Assembly (NCBI GenBank): GCA_040954595.2
Contig: CM082586.2
Span: 62,001-126,000, forward strand
DNA length: 64,000 bases
DNA from: Balanoglossus misakiensis
Taxonomy: Eukaryota > Animalia > Hemichordata
Direction: 5' to 3'
In this document: piece after piece, positions 12,201 through 23,000 of the stretch
Layout of the letters: each line of letters starts with the position of its first letter
How positions within the stretch are numbered: position 1 is the stretch's first letter
Position numbers and translations under genes: made by a program
Notes under the pieces: generated by a model
Database searches by the model: none
The model's input: only the letters and a program-made list of their open reading frames with translations
What the model was told of the DNA's origin: nothing

Positions 12201-15200
12201 CAGCTCCAACCACTGCAGCACCAACCAATTCAGTTCCAACTACCGCAGCACCAACTGAACCTGAAGACAGTGGATCTGGAAGCGGAGAAGAACCAACAGC
12301 AGCCCCAACCACGGCATCACCAACGACTGCTGCCCCAACTACTGCAGCACCAACCACAGCAGTTCCAAGCACTGCAGCACCAACCACAGCAGTTCCAAGC
12401 ACTGCAGCACCAACCACTTCAGTTCCAACTACCGCAGCACCAACTGAACCTGAAGACAGTGGATCTGGAAGCGGAGAAGAACCAACAGCAGCCCCGACCA
12501 CGTCATCACCAACGACTGCTGCCCCAACCACTGCAGCACCAACTACATCAGTTATGACCACAGCAGCACCAACAACACAAGGGTCCACAACACCTTCCCC
12601 TTGTAAAACAGTTGATCCATCTGTTTGTGACCACTTTCTGGATGTCTTCAAAGACTGTGCTGACCCTGAAAACTATTATGAGTTGTGTCTAGGTCTTTGT
12701 GTAGCGAATTTGTGTGATTTCTTCGAGGAATATGCAAATCACTGCAAGGATCATCGAGGGATTTGTGTTGAATGGCGGGAAAATGATTTATGTTGTAAGT
12801 AACATAAACATGTGTGGGGAAGTCATGCTCAAACTTGGAACCATCCAGCTTGGTTATTGACTACTCTTTTAGTGCTGGAAATGGTGCTAAGTGGACATGT
12901 GCTTTGACTTCCTCACTATCTAAGTTGGTTATGAAATTAAACCTTAGAATTAAAGTCTACCATAAATGATTTTCACTATAGCCAATAACAACCAGCAGGT
13001 AAAGGTATTGCATACACTTGCAGCCCATTTGCATGAAAGGATGCACAATAGTACATTGTGTTTATCATAATTGATTTATTTACTGAAACTTTACACATTA
13101 CCTTGTAAAAGAAAAGACCACGTGTGATATCCACCTCCACGCCAAGAAGTTTTGATGTTGTGTCCTTTTACCAAAGTGATAAATCAATTACTTGAGTTTA
13201 GAGGAACCGGGTTATATATAATCTAATCAAAGATGCTGTTTATCAGCTACTGAGTGTTGTGGCTTATAAAAATACTTACAATGACGCATTATTTTGTTCT
13301 AATATGAAATTGTTAAAGTTAGCAAACAATACATTGACATCTGTCACCTTCTGTTCCAGCGGTGGAGTGTCCATATGGTCTAGAGTACATGGATTGTGGT
13401 CCATCATGCAACAGCACTTGCAATGACAACTGCAGGTATACAATGGAACCCGGATGTTACTGCCAAGGAGGAACATTTGCTAAAGATGGAGAGTGTCAAC
13501 GTATGTCCAAATAGACGCATTGAACCTTCACTTCATACTGCAATATTTCAGACACAGAATACAGCTATTGTGACAAATAATCCATGGTTGTAGCAGTATA
13601 TGTATAAAGGTTAAAGCACGTACATGATCTGAGAAACATTAACATATTATGCAACTCTTCAGAGAGCTTAGTAAGAGCGCCTTTAAAGTATGGACCAAGA
13701 ATGAATATTCCAATTTTTGAAGTAGTTGTTATTCTTTTATCTAGCATGCGACGAAGTTTCTGGTAGTGGGTCTGGCAGCAGTGAAGAACCAACCAGTGCA
13801 GCACCAACCAGTGCAGCTCCAACCACTGCTGCACCAACCACTACTGTACCAACCACTGCAGCCCCAACCACTGCAGCTCCAACAACTCCTGTACCAACCA
13901 CTGTAGCCCAAACCACTGATGTACCAACTACTCATCCCACAACCACTGAAGCCCCAACCACTGCTGCACCAACCACTGCAGCTCCAACAACTGCTGTACC
14001 AACTACTCATCCACCAACCACTGCAGCCCCGACAACTTCAATGCCAGCAACCACAACAGGTAAATTATATTTTCATCTTGGATAAATGTTGAAGAATTGA
14101 ATGTTGGTGATCAACTCAAAAAGTTCAAAGTTTCATACTTTCAATGGATTCTTTACGTTTCATGTAAACATGTTTAAGTTTTAAATTATATGTGACTCAT
14201 TCTTGTAGAGATTATTGTTGTTGCCTCTTCTTAATCAAATAGAGTGTATCAGAAAAGAGTGGTCTGATTGGATGGATGATGAACTTGGAGGCAAAGTAGA
14301 CCACCAAGCAGAGGGAGAATTTGAGCTGTATGATGACTTGCGAGAACATTTTGATTTCTGTGAAAATCCAGTTGATATCGAGTGCCGATTAACCGAACCA
14401 CCAAACCCATCTTACGAACTTACTGGACAGAAGGGGTTGTCGTGTGATGTTGACGAAGGTTTCCGATGTTATCATAGTAATCAGATGCCACCATTGTGTT
14501 ACAATTACGAAATTCGAGTTCTTTGTGAGGTACCCTGCGATGAGGAACAGGTAGTCAACTAAATTAAACAAGAGATAAGAACATTGCTTTTAATTCAAAT
14601 TGGTCTTTGGTGAACACTAATGAAACAACCAAACAAGAAACAGTAGAGAACACACTTTTATTCATTTTGATTTTATGTTATGATAAATATGGTAGTTTCT
14701 TTTTACTTCTACAATGGTCAAATAATGTTTTGTCTTCAGAACTCAAATTAGATTTAATTTATTATAATTAATCCACATATTTAATTGTTCTAATTGTATA
14801 CATGCATTTCTAACGCTTTTAGTAGCTCCATGCCACACCAAGGAGTAGTTACTCCATATATTTCCCAGTTTATGAATGAAGAAACTGCACAGAGTTTGTA
14901 ACTATATATGATGCATGCAATTATGAATATAAATTTTCTCATTCACTATATCGTTTCATTTGCTTAATAGCCAAATTCACCGATCACTACTCTAACAACA
15001 ACAACACCCGAAGCACCACTAACTACAGAACCCACATCAACACAACCGCCAGTAACAACTGCAGAACCACCACAAACTACAGAACCTCCACCAACAGAAT
15101 CAATAGAAACAACTGCAGAACCACCACAAACTACCGAAGCACCACCAACACAACCACCAGAAACAACTGCAGAACCACCTACAACGCAAGCACCTTCCAC

Positions 15201-15738
15201 ATATCACTATTCTACCTTCGCTCCAACTACGGCAGTACAAACAACACCGGTACAAGCCACAAACCAACCGATAACACAGGAACCCGTTACAACCCTTGCA
15301 CCGACCACGGAAGACGTCGGTGGTTGTAGCGGTGGCGAAGGATGTAAGAGTAGCGAGAGTGGGGGAGAAACTGGCAAAAGTGGGGGTAGCAACAGTGGAG
15401 GAAAGAGCAGCAAAGAAAGTGGGGGTAGTACCGGAGGAAAGAGCAGCAAAGAAAGTGGGGGTAGCACCGGAGGAAAGAGCAGCAAAGAAAGTGGGGGTAG
15501 TACCGGAGGAAAGAGCAGTAAAGAAAGTGGGGGTAGCACCGGAGGAAAGAGCAGCAAAGAAAGTGGGGGTAGCACTGGAGGAAAGAGCAGCAAAGAAAGT
15601 GGGGGTAGTACCGGAGGAAAGAGCAGCAAAGAAAGTGGGGGTAGCACCGGAGGAAAGAGCAGCAAAGAAAGTGGGGGTAGTACCGGAGGAAAGAGCAGCA
15701 AAGAAAGTGGGGGGGAAACTGGAGGAAAAAGCCGTTAA
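236..15738 (+). CDS. Gel-forming mucin / von Willebrand factor-family secreted glycoprotein, 5'-partial (VWD-C8-TIL assemblies D2, D'D3, D4; PTS regions; internal CTCK; CysD/WxxW; G/S/K tail)
   Basis: 25 GT-AG exons with consistent phase: 236-552, 760-904, 1167-1334, 1537-1710, 2101-2338, 2686-2973, 3408-3454, 3726-3917, 4443-4639, 5102-5209, 5532-5817, 6071-6424, 6796-7019, 7257-7455, 7774-8142, 8389-8559, 8823-9620, 9935-10072, 10420-10542, 10855-10953, 11217-12794, 13360-13500, 13745-14059, 14243-14550, 14971-15738 (TAA). VWD motifs CRVYGDPHYSTFDG, TCGLCGTFN, CHVYGDPHYQTYDG, CYGFGDPHYQSFDG; D3-type C8 [33 protein letters not shown]. The signal peptide and D1 would lie upstream of the window. 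Confidence 0.93.
5992..6041. repeat. Imperfect (TATG)n microsatellite in a mucin intron
   Basis: tatgtacgtacgtacgtgtgtatgtatgtatgcatgcatgtatgtatgta. Confidence 0.7.
8831..9425 (+). repeat. Coding tandem repeat (PTS + EPED[S/I]GSGSG[E/D]), alternating 87- and 117-bp units forming a 204-bp dimer
   Basis: GAAGATA[G/T]TGGTTCTGGAAGTGGTGA recurs at 8840, 8927, 9044 and onward; seven acidic (S/I)GSG motifs in the exon. Confidence 0.9.
11222..11479 (+). other. Cystine-knot (CTCK) domain coding segment of the mucin
   Basis: CEIASTRPETIEIDGCRTIHPIILNQCEGGCKSGSVYSIERSEIIQSCSCCQATLSKTKKVLLLCEDGVKRYFDYERIIECQCMPC: 11 Cys with CxGxC, CSCC and CxC, as in vWF/mucin CTCK domains. Confidence 0.9.
11500..12590 (+). 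repeat. Coding tandem repeat, core period 159 bp (53 aa; PTTAA arrays + EPEDSGSGSGEE)
   Basis: GAAGACAGTGGATCTGGAAGCGGAGAAGAA at 11657, 11816 and 11975, then variable-length units; six SGSGSG motifs. Confidence 0.92.
14243..14550 (+). other. CysD (Mucin2_WxxW) domain exon
   Basis: EWSDWMD...GEFE...FCENPVDIECR...GQKGLSCDVDEGFRC...CYNYEIRVLC matches the WxxW/CysD pattern of MUC2/MUC5. Confidence 0.88.
15421..15708 (+). repeat. Coding 36-bp tandem repeat x8 encoding GGSTGGKSSKES
   Basis: GGGGGTAGYACYGGAGGAAAGAGCAGYAAAGAAAGT repeated; the variation between copies is synonymous in the mucin frame. Confidence 0.93.
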
Positions 15739-15971
15739 ACTTCGATCTGTTGCAAATGACAGGAAAAGAAAATTGAAATATTTATTTTAAACGATGATGG
15801 AAATAATCCTGCATTCTGAAACCTGAACAATAGACAAATCCTGTTATGCTCAACTTACAGAGAACTTTTATTCAAAGATATGTTAACCAACGGCACCAAA
15901 ACTACTTATTAGTACTTAGGCTTTTTTGCAGTAGTAGTTAATAGTGCATGTTTAAGATAATTATTTACATG

Positions 15972-15985
15972 AATAAATAAATAAA
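15972..15985 (+). terminator. Probable polyadenylation signal of the mucin gene
   Basis: Overlapping AATAAATAAATAAA about 235 bp after the TAA stop. Confidence 0.6.
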
Positions 15986-16012
15986 TATCTAACTTCTGCT
16001 ATGATGTTCCCA

Positions 16013-16082
16013 TCTCTCTGTCTCTATCTCAAACACACACGCGCGCGCGCACATGCACGCACACATAAACACAAACACACAC
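16013..16082. repeat. Compound (CT)/(CA)/(CG) simple repeat
   Basis: tctctctgtctctatctc-aaacacacacgcgcgcgcgcacatgcacgcacac... Confidence 0.7.
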
Positions 16083-16726
16083 CGAGCTGTGAAGCGCACT
16101 TGCTTGAACCATCCAGTTTGAAACGAATTCGCCAAGTGGTGGGGCTCTGTTCCAAACCAGTCTAAAATGTACCATAATAGCTTTTCAGCAGGAAATTGGA
16201 TCACATGCTTCAATTGCGCTCTTTGGAGGTTCACATGAATATTGTATAATGTACTATATACGGTCAGTCGTATGCAACTTTCAATTTCAATGGGTCAGGT
16301 GAATTTGAAGACAGCCGGTGGCGTGCAATTGGAAAAATGGATGTGCAAAATTAAGCACAGTAGTAACTTAATCATATTAATTGTTTAAACAAATTCAAAC
16401 GATTAAACAAGGTCAGGGTCAGATGTCTTTTGAAAGTTGTTCAGTGTCGGGTGGTTTTTGTCAGATCTCACTTATAGCTATAAGATTTTTTTCAAAGTAG
16501 AACTGAACACCATAAATAAACAAACAACTGTCCCGGATTGTTATTTTACACATTTGGTTTTCCATCAAGAAAATGAATGGTGGTGTTGACTAAGATTCCT
16601 CCGATGTAACGTCTTACACGTTTTGTTATAGATACGCATTAAGACGAAAATGATGGTTATGGCGAATTTTGAGTAAGAGTATAGAGCAACTACTGAAGTG
16701 AGGCATTATTAATGCAAGACCAATTT

Positions 16727-17039
16727 TGCTGAGAGCAAATACTTGACTGTTTACCCAGCACATTACTTCTGAAATGTTTACTGTAAAACGAGATACAAAT
16801 AAGCCCACAACGAAATTTGATAATATAAAGTGTATTGATAGTGCGAATATGACTAGTGACCGTCAGTAACGTTTAGGTTACAATTTCGAAATATGTTTGT
16901 ATACAGGAACAAGTTAGTATCGTAGGAAGACTTAAAGTTTGTCAAGTTATATAGGTCGACCCGGTTGGTTGTTGGTTACTAACTTTTTCAGGCAGACATA
17001 CATTATGTGAATCAATAAAGTGATACCACTCTAATATAC
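16727..17039. repeat. ~313-bp flank duplicated at 62575-62885 together with the array
   Basis: tgctgagagcaaatacttgactg...ccactctaatatac is present at both loci with scattered substitutions and indels; the sequences upstream of the two copies are unrelated. Confidence 0.92.
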
Positions 17040-20000
17040 TGTAACGGAAATTATGTCGGACTGAGGTCCCAAAAATTGCCAAGCCTTAGTGAATGACGAA
17101 CCTTGGACAAAACAGCCAATTCAACGGTAGCGTAAACGTAGCATGTTCGAGCATTGACGGCGTAGAACGGTCCGTTACAAGTCCTGGTTCGATTTACCTA
17201 TCGCAAGAACGTGCGCTAAGAGATGTGCCGGAAAAATGCAGTATAAACTGCTAACCGTCCGACCTGAGCGTTGCGCTCACACAAATACCAAGAAAAACCT
17301 CGGAATTACGATCCGTAGACAACTAAACCTCTCAGAGGTTACAGAAAAAGTGTTCCCACAAACGTGGAGAAAGGTTTGAACGAAAACATAAGAAAGATAG
17401 AGGTAAAGTACGAATTCAGATCACTAAACTCGAGAGCACGATGCTCACAGTTCAACCGCCATGTCTCGTCTGCTTTTGGATGTCGAGGGGAGTCACCGTA
17501 CATGCAACAAGCCCACGTGATACAAGCTCCGGCCCCAATCGTGGAAAATTTAGTTTCTCCTGCTATGGGATGTCTCAGTCTGAGAATCAGGAAAAAGTCG
17601 CATTTATTAAGATACGAGTCATGTGTGCGGCGTTGGTCTAGCAATTCCGTGACAACTCCATTGTACTACAGTGCACGTGTGTACGGCGAGTATCAGACAA
17701 AAATGACCAATTACTGCTTGTAACCCTACATATTTGCGGAAAGTAAACCCCAACACAATACTTCGCCTGTCAAAACACACAAATGAAATTGATATACAAA
17801 ATCACAGAATGGCCGTATATAGTTAAAAAAATACGGTAAATTGCATTAATTGCGTAAAATTATCAATCCTCTCATGAGTCACGGTGTATCCCACAATTAC
17901 ACATAACGCGTAGCCCCCCCCCCCCCCTCTCAGAAAACGCCCCAAAAACACAGATGATCGCTACAAATTGGACAGCAGGTGTGACTTTTGACATGAGACA
18001 ACGCGACGCGAACGCACAGGTCCTCGGCAGCCAAGAGAGCAGCGCCTGGCCGTCCGCGTACGTGCAGCCCGCAGTCTCTGAGAGATGTGCTGGAAAAAAT
18101 GCAGTATAAACTGCTAAAACCGATCGATCTGAGCGTTGCGCTCACACAAATACCAAGAAAACCTCGGAATTACGATCCGTAGCCTCTCAAAGGTTACAGA
18201 AAAATTATCAATCCTCTCATGAGTCACGGTGTATCCCACAATTACACATAACGCGTAGCCGCCCGCCCCCTTCAGAAAACGCCCCAAAAAAACACAGATG
18301 ATCGCTACAAATTGGACAGCAGGTGTGAATTTTGACATGAGACAACGCGACGCGAACGTACAGGTCCTCGGCAGCCAAGAGAGCAGCGCCCGGCCGTCCG
18401 CGTACGTGCAGCCCGTAGTCTCTAAGAGATGTGCTGGAAAAATGCAGTATAAACTGCTAACCGACCGACCTGAGCGTTACGCTCACACAAATACCAAGAA
18501 AACCTCGGAATTACGATCCGTAGCCTCTCAAAGGTTACAGAAAAATTATCAATCCTCTCAAGAGTCACGGTGTATCCCACAATTACACATAACGCGTAGC
18601 CCCCCCCCCCCTTCAGAAAACGCCCCCAAAAACACAGATGATCGCTACAAATTGGACAGCAGGTGTGAATTTTGACATGAGACAACGCGACACGAACGTA
18701 CAGGTCCTCGGCAGCCTAGAGAGCACCGCCCGGCCGCCCGCGTACGTGCAGCCCGTAGTCTCTAAGAGATGTGCTGGAAAAATGCAGTACATGTATAAAC
18801 TGCTAACCGACCGACCTGAGCGTTGCGCTCACACAAATACCAAGAAAAACCTCGGAATAACGATCCGTAGACAACTAAACCTCTCAGAGGTTACAGAAAA
18901 AGTGTTCCCACAAACGTGGAGAAAGGTTTGAACGAAAATATAAGAAAGATAGAGGTAAAGTACGAATTCAGATCACTAAACTCGAGAGCACGATGCTCAC
19001 AGTTCAACCGCCATGTCTCGTCTGCTTTTGGATGTCGAGGGGAGTCACCGTACATGCAACAAGCCCACGTCATACAAGCTCCGGCCCCAATCGTGGAAAA
19101 TTTAGTTTCTCCTGCTATGGGATGTCTCAGTCTGAGAATCAGGAAAAAGTCGCATTTATTGAGATACGAGTCTTGTGTGCGGCGTTGGCCTAGCAATTCC
19201 GTGACAACTCCATTGTACTACAGTGCACGTGTGTACGGCGAGTATCAGACAAAAATGACCAATTACTGCTTGTAACCCTACATATTTACGGAAAGTAAAC
19301 CCCAACACAATACTTCGCCTGTCAAAACACACGAATGAAATTAATTTACAAAATCACAGAATGGCCGTATATAGTTTAAAAAATACGGTAAATTGCATTA
19401 ATTGCGTAAAATTATCAATCCTCTCATGAGTCACGGTGTATCCCACAATTACACATAACGCGTAGCCCCCCCCCCTCAGAAAACGCCCCCAAAACACAGA
19501 TGATCGCTGCAAATTGGACAGCAGGTGTGACTTTTGACATGAGACAACGCGACGCGAACGTACAGGTCCTCGGCAGCCAAGAGAGCAGCGCCCGGCCGTC
19601 CGCGTACGTGCAGCCCGTAGTCTCTAAGAGATGTGCTGGAAAAATGCAGTATAAACTGCTAAAACCGACCGATCTGAGCGTTGCGCTCACACAAATACCA
19701 AGAAAACCTCGGAATTACGATCCGTAGCCTCTCAAAGGTTACAGAAAAATTATCAATATTATCAATCCTCTCATGAGTCACGGTGTATCCCACAATTACA
19801 CATAACGCGTAGCCCCCCCCCCCCCCTTCAGAAAACGCCCCCAAAAACACAGATGATCGCTACAAATTGGACAGCAGGTGTGAATTTTGACATGAGACAA
19901 CGCGACGCGAACGTACAGGTCCTCGGCAGCCTAGAGAGCACCGCCCGGCCGCCCGCGTACGTGCAGCCCGTAGTCTCTAAGAGATGTGCTGGAAAAATGC

Positions 20001-23000
20001 AGTACATGTATAAACTGCTAACCGACCGACCTGAGCGTTGCGCTCACACAAATACCAAGAAAAACCTCGGAATAACGATCCGTAGACAACTTAACCTCTC
20101 AGAGGTTACAGAAAAAGTGTTCCCACAAACGTGGAGAAAGGTTTGAACGAAAACATAAGAAAGATAGAGGTAAAGTACGAATTCAGATCACTAAACTCGA
20201 GAGCACGATGCTCACAGTTCAACCGCCATGTCTCGTCTGCTTTTGGATGTCGAGGGGAGTCACCGTACATGCAACAAGCCCACGTGATACAAGCTCCGGC
20301 CCCAATCGTGGAAAATTTAGTTTCTCCTGCTATGGGATGTCTCAGTCTGAGAATCAGGAAAAAGTCGCATTTATTGAGATACGAGTCTTGTGTGCGGCGT
20401 TGGCCTAGCAATTCCGTGACAACTCCATTGTACTACAGTGCACGTGTGTACGGCGAGTATCAGACAAAAATGACCAATTACTGCTTGTAACCCTTGACAA
20501 TTGCGGAAAGTAAACCCCAACACAATATTTCGCCTGTCAAAACACATGAATGAAATTGATTTACAAAATCACAGAATTGCTGTATATAGTTTTAAAAATA
20601 CGGTAAATTGCATTAATTGCGTGAAATTATCAATCCTCTCATGAGTCACGGTGTATCCCACAATTACACATAACGCGTAGCCCCCCCCCCCTCAGAAAAC
20701 GCCCCAAAAACACAGATGATCGCTACAAATTGGACAGCAGGTGTGAATTTTGACATGAGACAACGCGACGCGAACGTACAGGTCCTCGGCAGCCAAGAGA
20801 GCAGCGCCTGGCCGTCCGCGTACGTGCAGCCCGCAGTCTCTGAGAGATGTGCTGGAAAAATGCAGTATAAACTGCTAAAAACCGACCGATCTGAGCGTTG
20901 CGCTCACACAAATACCAAGAAAACCTCAGAATTACGATCCGTAGCCTCTCAAAGGTTACAGAAAAATTATCAATCCTCTCATGAGTCACGGTGTATCCCA
21001 CAATAACACATAACGCGTAGGCCCCCCCCCCTCAGAAAACGCCCCAAAAAACACAGATGATCGCTATAAAATTTGAAAGCAGGTGTGAATTTTGACATGA
21101 GACAACGCGACGCGAACGTACAGGTCCTCGGCAGCCAAGAGAGCAGCGCCCGGCCGCCCGCGTACGTGCAGCCCGTAGTCTCTAAGAGATGTGCTGGAAA
21201 AATGCATTATAAACTGCTAACCGACCGACCTGAGCGTTGCGCTCACACAAATACCAAGAAAACCTCGGAATTACAATCCGTAGCCTCTCAAAGGTTACAG
21301 AAAAATTATCAATACTCTCATGAGTCACGGTGTATCCCACAATTAAACATAACGCGTAGCCCCCCCCCCCTCAGCAAACGCCCCAAAAACACAGATGATC
21401 GCTACAAATTGGACAGCAGGTGTGAATTTTGACATGAGACAACGCGACGCGAACGTACAGGTCCTCGGCAGCCAAGAGAGCAGCGCCCGGCCGTCCGCGT
21501 ACGTGCAGCCCGTAGTCTCTAAGAGATGTGCTGGAAAAATGCAGTATAAACTGCTAACCGACCGACCTGAGCGTTACGCTCACACAAATACCAAGAAAAA
21601 CTCGGAATTACGATCCGTAGCCTCTCAAAGGTTACAGAAAAATTATCAATCCTCTCATGAGTCACGGTGTATCCCACAATTACACATAACGCGTAGACCC
21701 CCCCCCCCTCAGAAAACGCCCCAAAAAACACAGATGATCGCTATAAAATTTGAAAGCAGGTGTGAATTTTGACATGAGACAACGCGACGCGAACGTACAG
21801 GTCCTCGGCAGCCAAGAGAGCAGCGCCCGGCCGCCCGCGTACGTGCAGCCCGTAGTCTCTAAGAGATGTGCTGGAAAAATGCAGTACATGTATAAACTGC
21901 TAACCGACCGACCTGAGCGTTGCGCTCACACAAATACCAAGAAAAACCTCGGAATAACGATCCGTAGACAACTAAACCTCTCAGAGGTTACAGAAAAAGT
22001 GTTCCCACAAACGTGGAGAAAGGTTTGAACGAAAATATAAGAAAGATAGAGGTAAAGTACGAATTCAGATCACTAAACTCGAGAGCACGATCCTCACAGT
22101 TCAACCGCCATGTCTCGTCTGCTTTTGGATGTCAAGGGGAGTCACCGTACATGCAACAAGCCCACGTGATACAAGCTCCGGCCCCAATCGTGGAAAATTT
22201 AGTTTCTCCTGCTATGGGATGTCTCAGTCTGAGAATCAGGAAAAAGTCGCATTTATTGAGATACGAGTCTTGTGTGCGGCGTTGGCCTAGCAATTCCGTG
22301 ACAACTCCATTGTACTACAGTGCACGTGTGTACGGCGAGTATCAGACAAAAATGACCAATTACTGCTTGTAACCCTTGACAATTGCGGAAAGTAAACCCC
22401 AACACAATATTTCGCCTGTCAAAACACATGAATGAAATTGATTTACAAAATCACAGAATTGCTGTATATAGTTTTAAAAATACGGTAAATTGCATTAATT
22501 GCGTAAAATTATCAATCCTCTCATGAGTCACGGTGTATCCCACAATTACACATAACGCGTAGCCCCCCCCCCCTCAGAAAACGCCCCAAAAACACAGATG
22601 ATCGCTACAAATTGGACAGCAGGTGTGAATTTTGACATGAGACAATGCGACGCGAACGTACAGGTCCTCGGCAGCCAAGAGAGCAGCGCCTGGCCGTCCG
22701 CGTACGTGCAGCCCGCAGTCTCTGAGAGATGTGCTGGAAAAATGCAGTATAAACTGCTAAAACTGACCGATCTGAGCGTTGCGCTCACACAAATACCAAG
22801 AAAACCTCAGAATTACGATCCGTAGCCTCTCAAAGGTTACAGAAAAATTATCAATCCTCTCATGAGTCACGGTGTATCCCACAATAACACATAACGCGTA
22901 GGCCCCCCCCCCCTTCAGAAAACGCCCCCAAAAACACAGATGATCGCTATAAAATTTGAAAGCAGGTGTGAATTTTGACATGAGACAACGCGACGCGAAC

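Noticed and set aside
8782-12651. Long antisense (VVGAA...) and alternative-frame (QHQPLQ...) ORFs
   Set aside because: These are shadows of the stop-poor PTS coding repeats of the mucin.
15207-15790. ORFs with EERAAKKVGV and LLLFPPVLPP repeats
   Set aside because: Wrong frames of the 36-bp repeat; the splice phase and synonymous variation support GGSTGGKSSKES.
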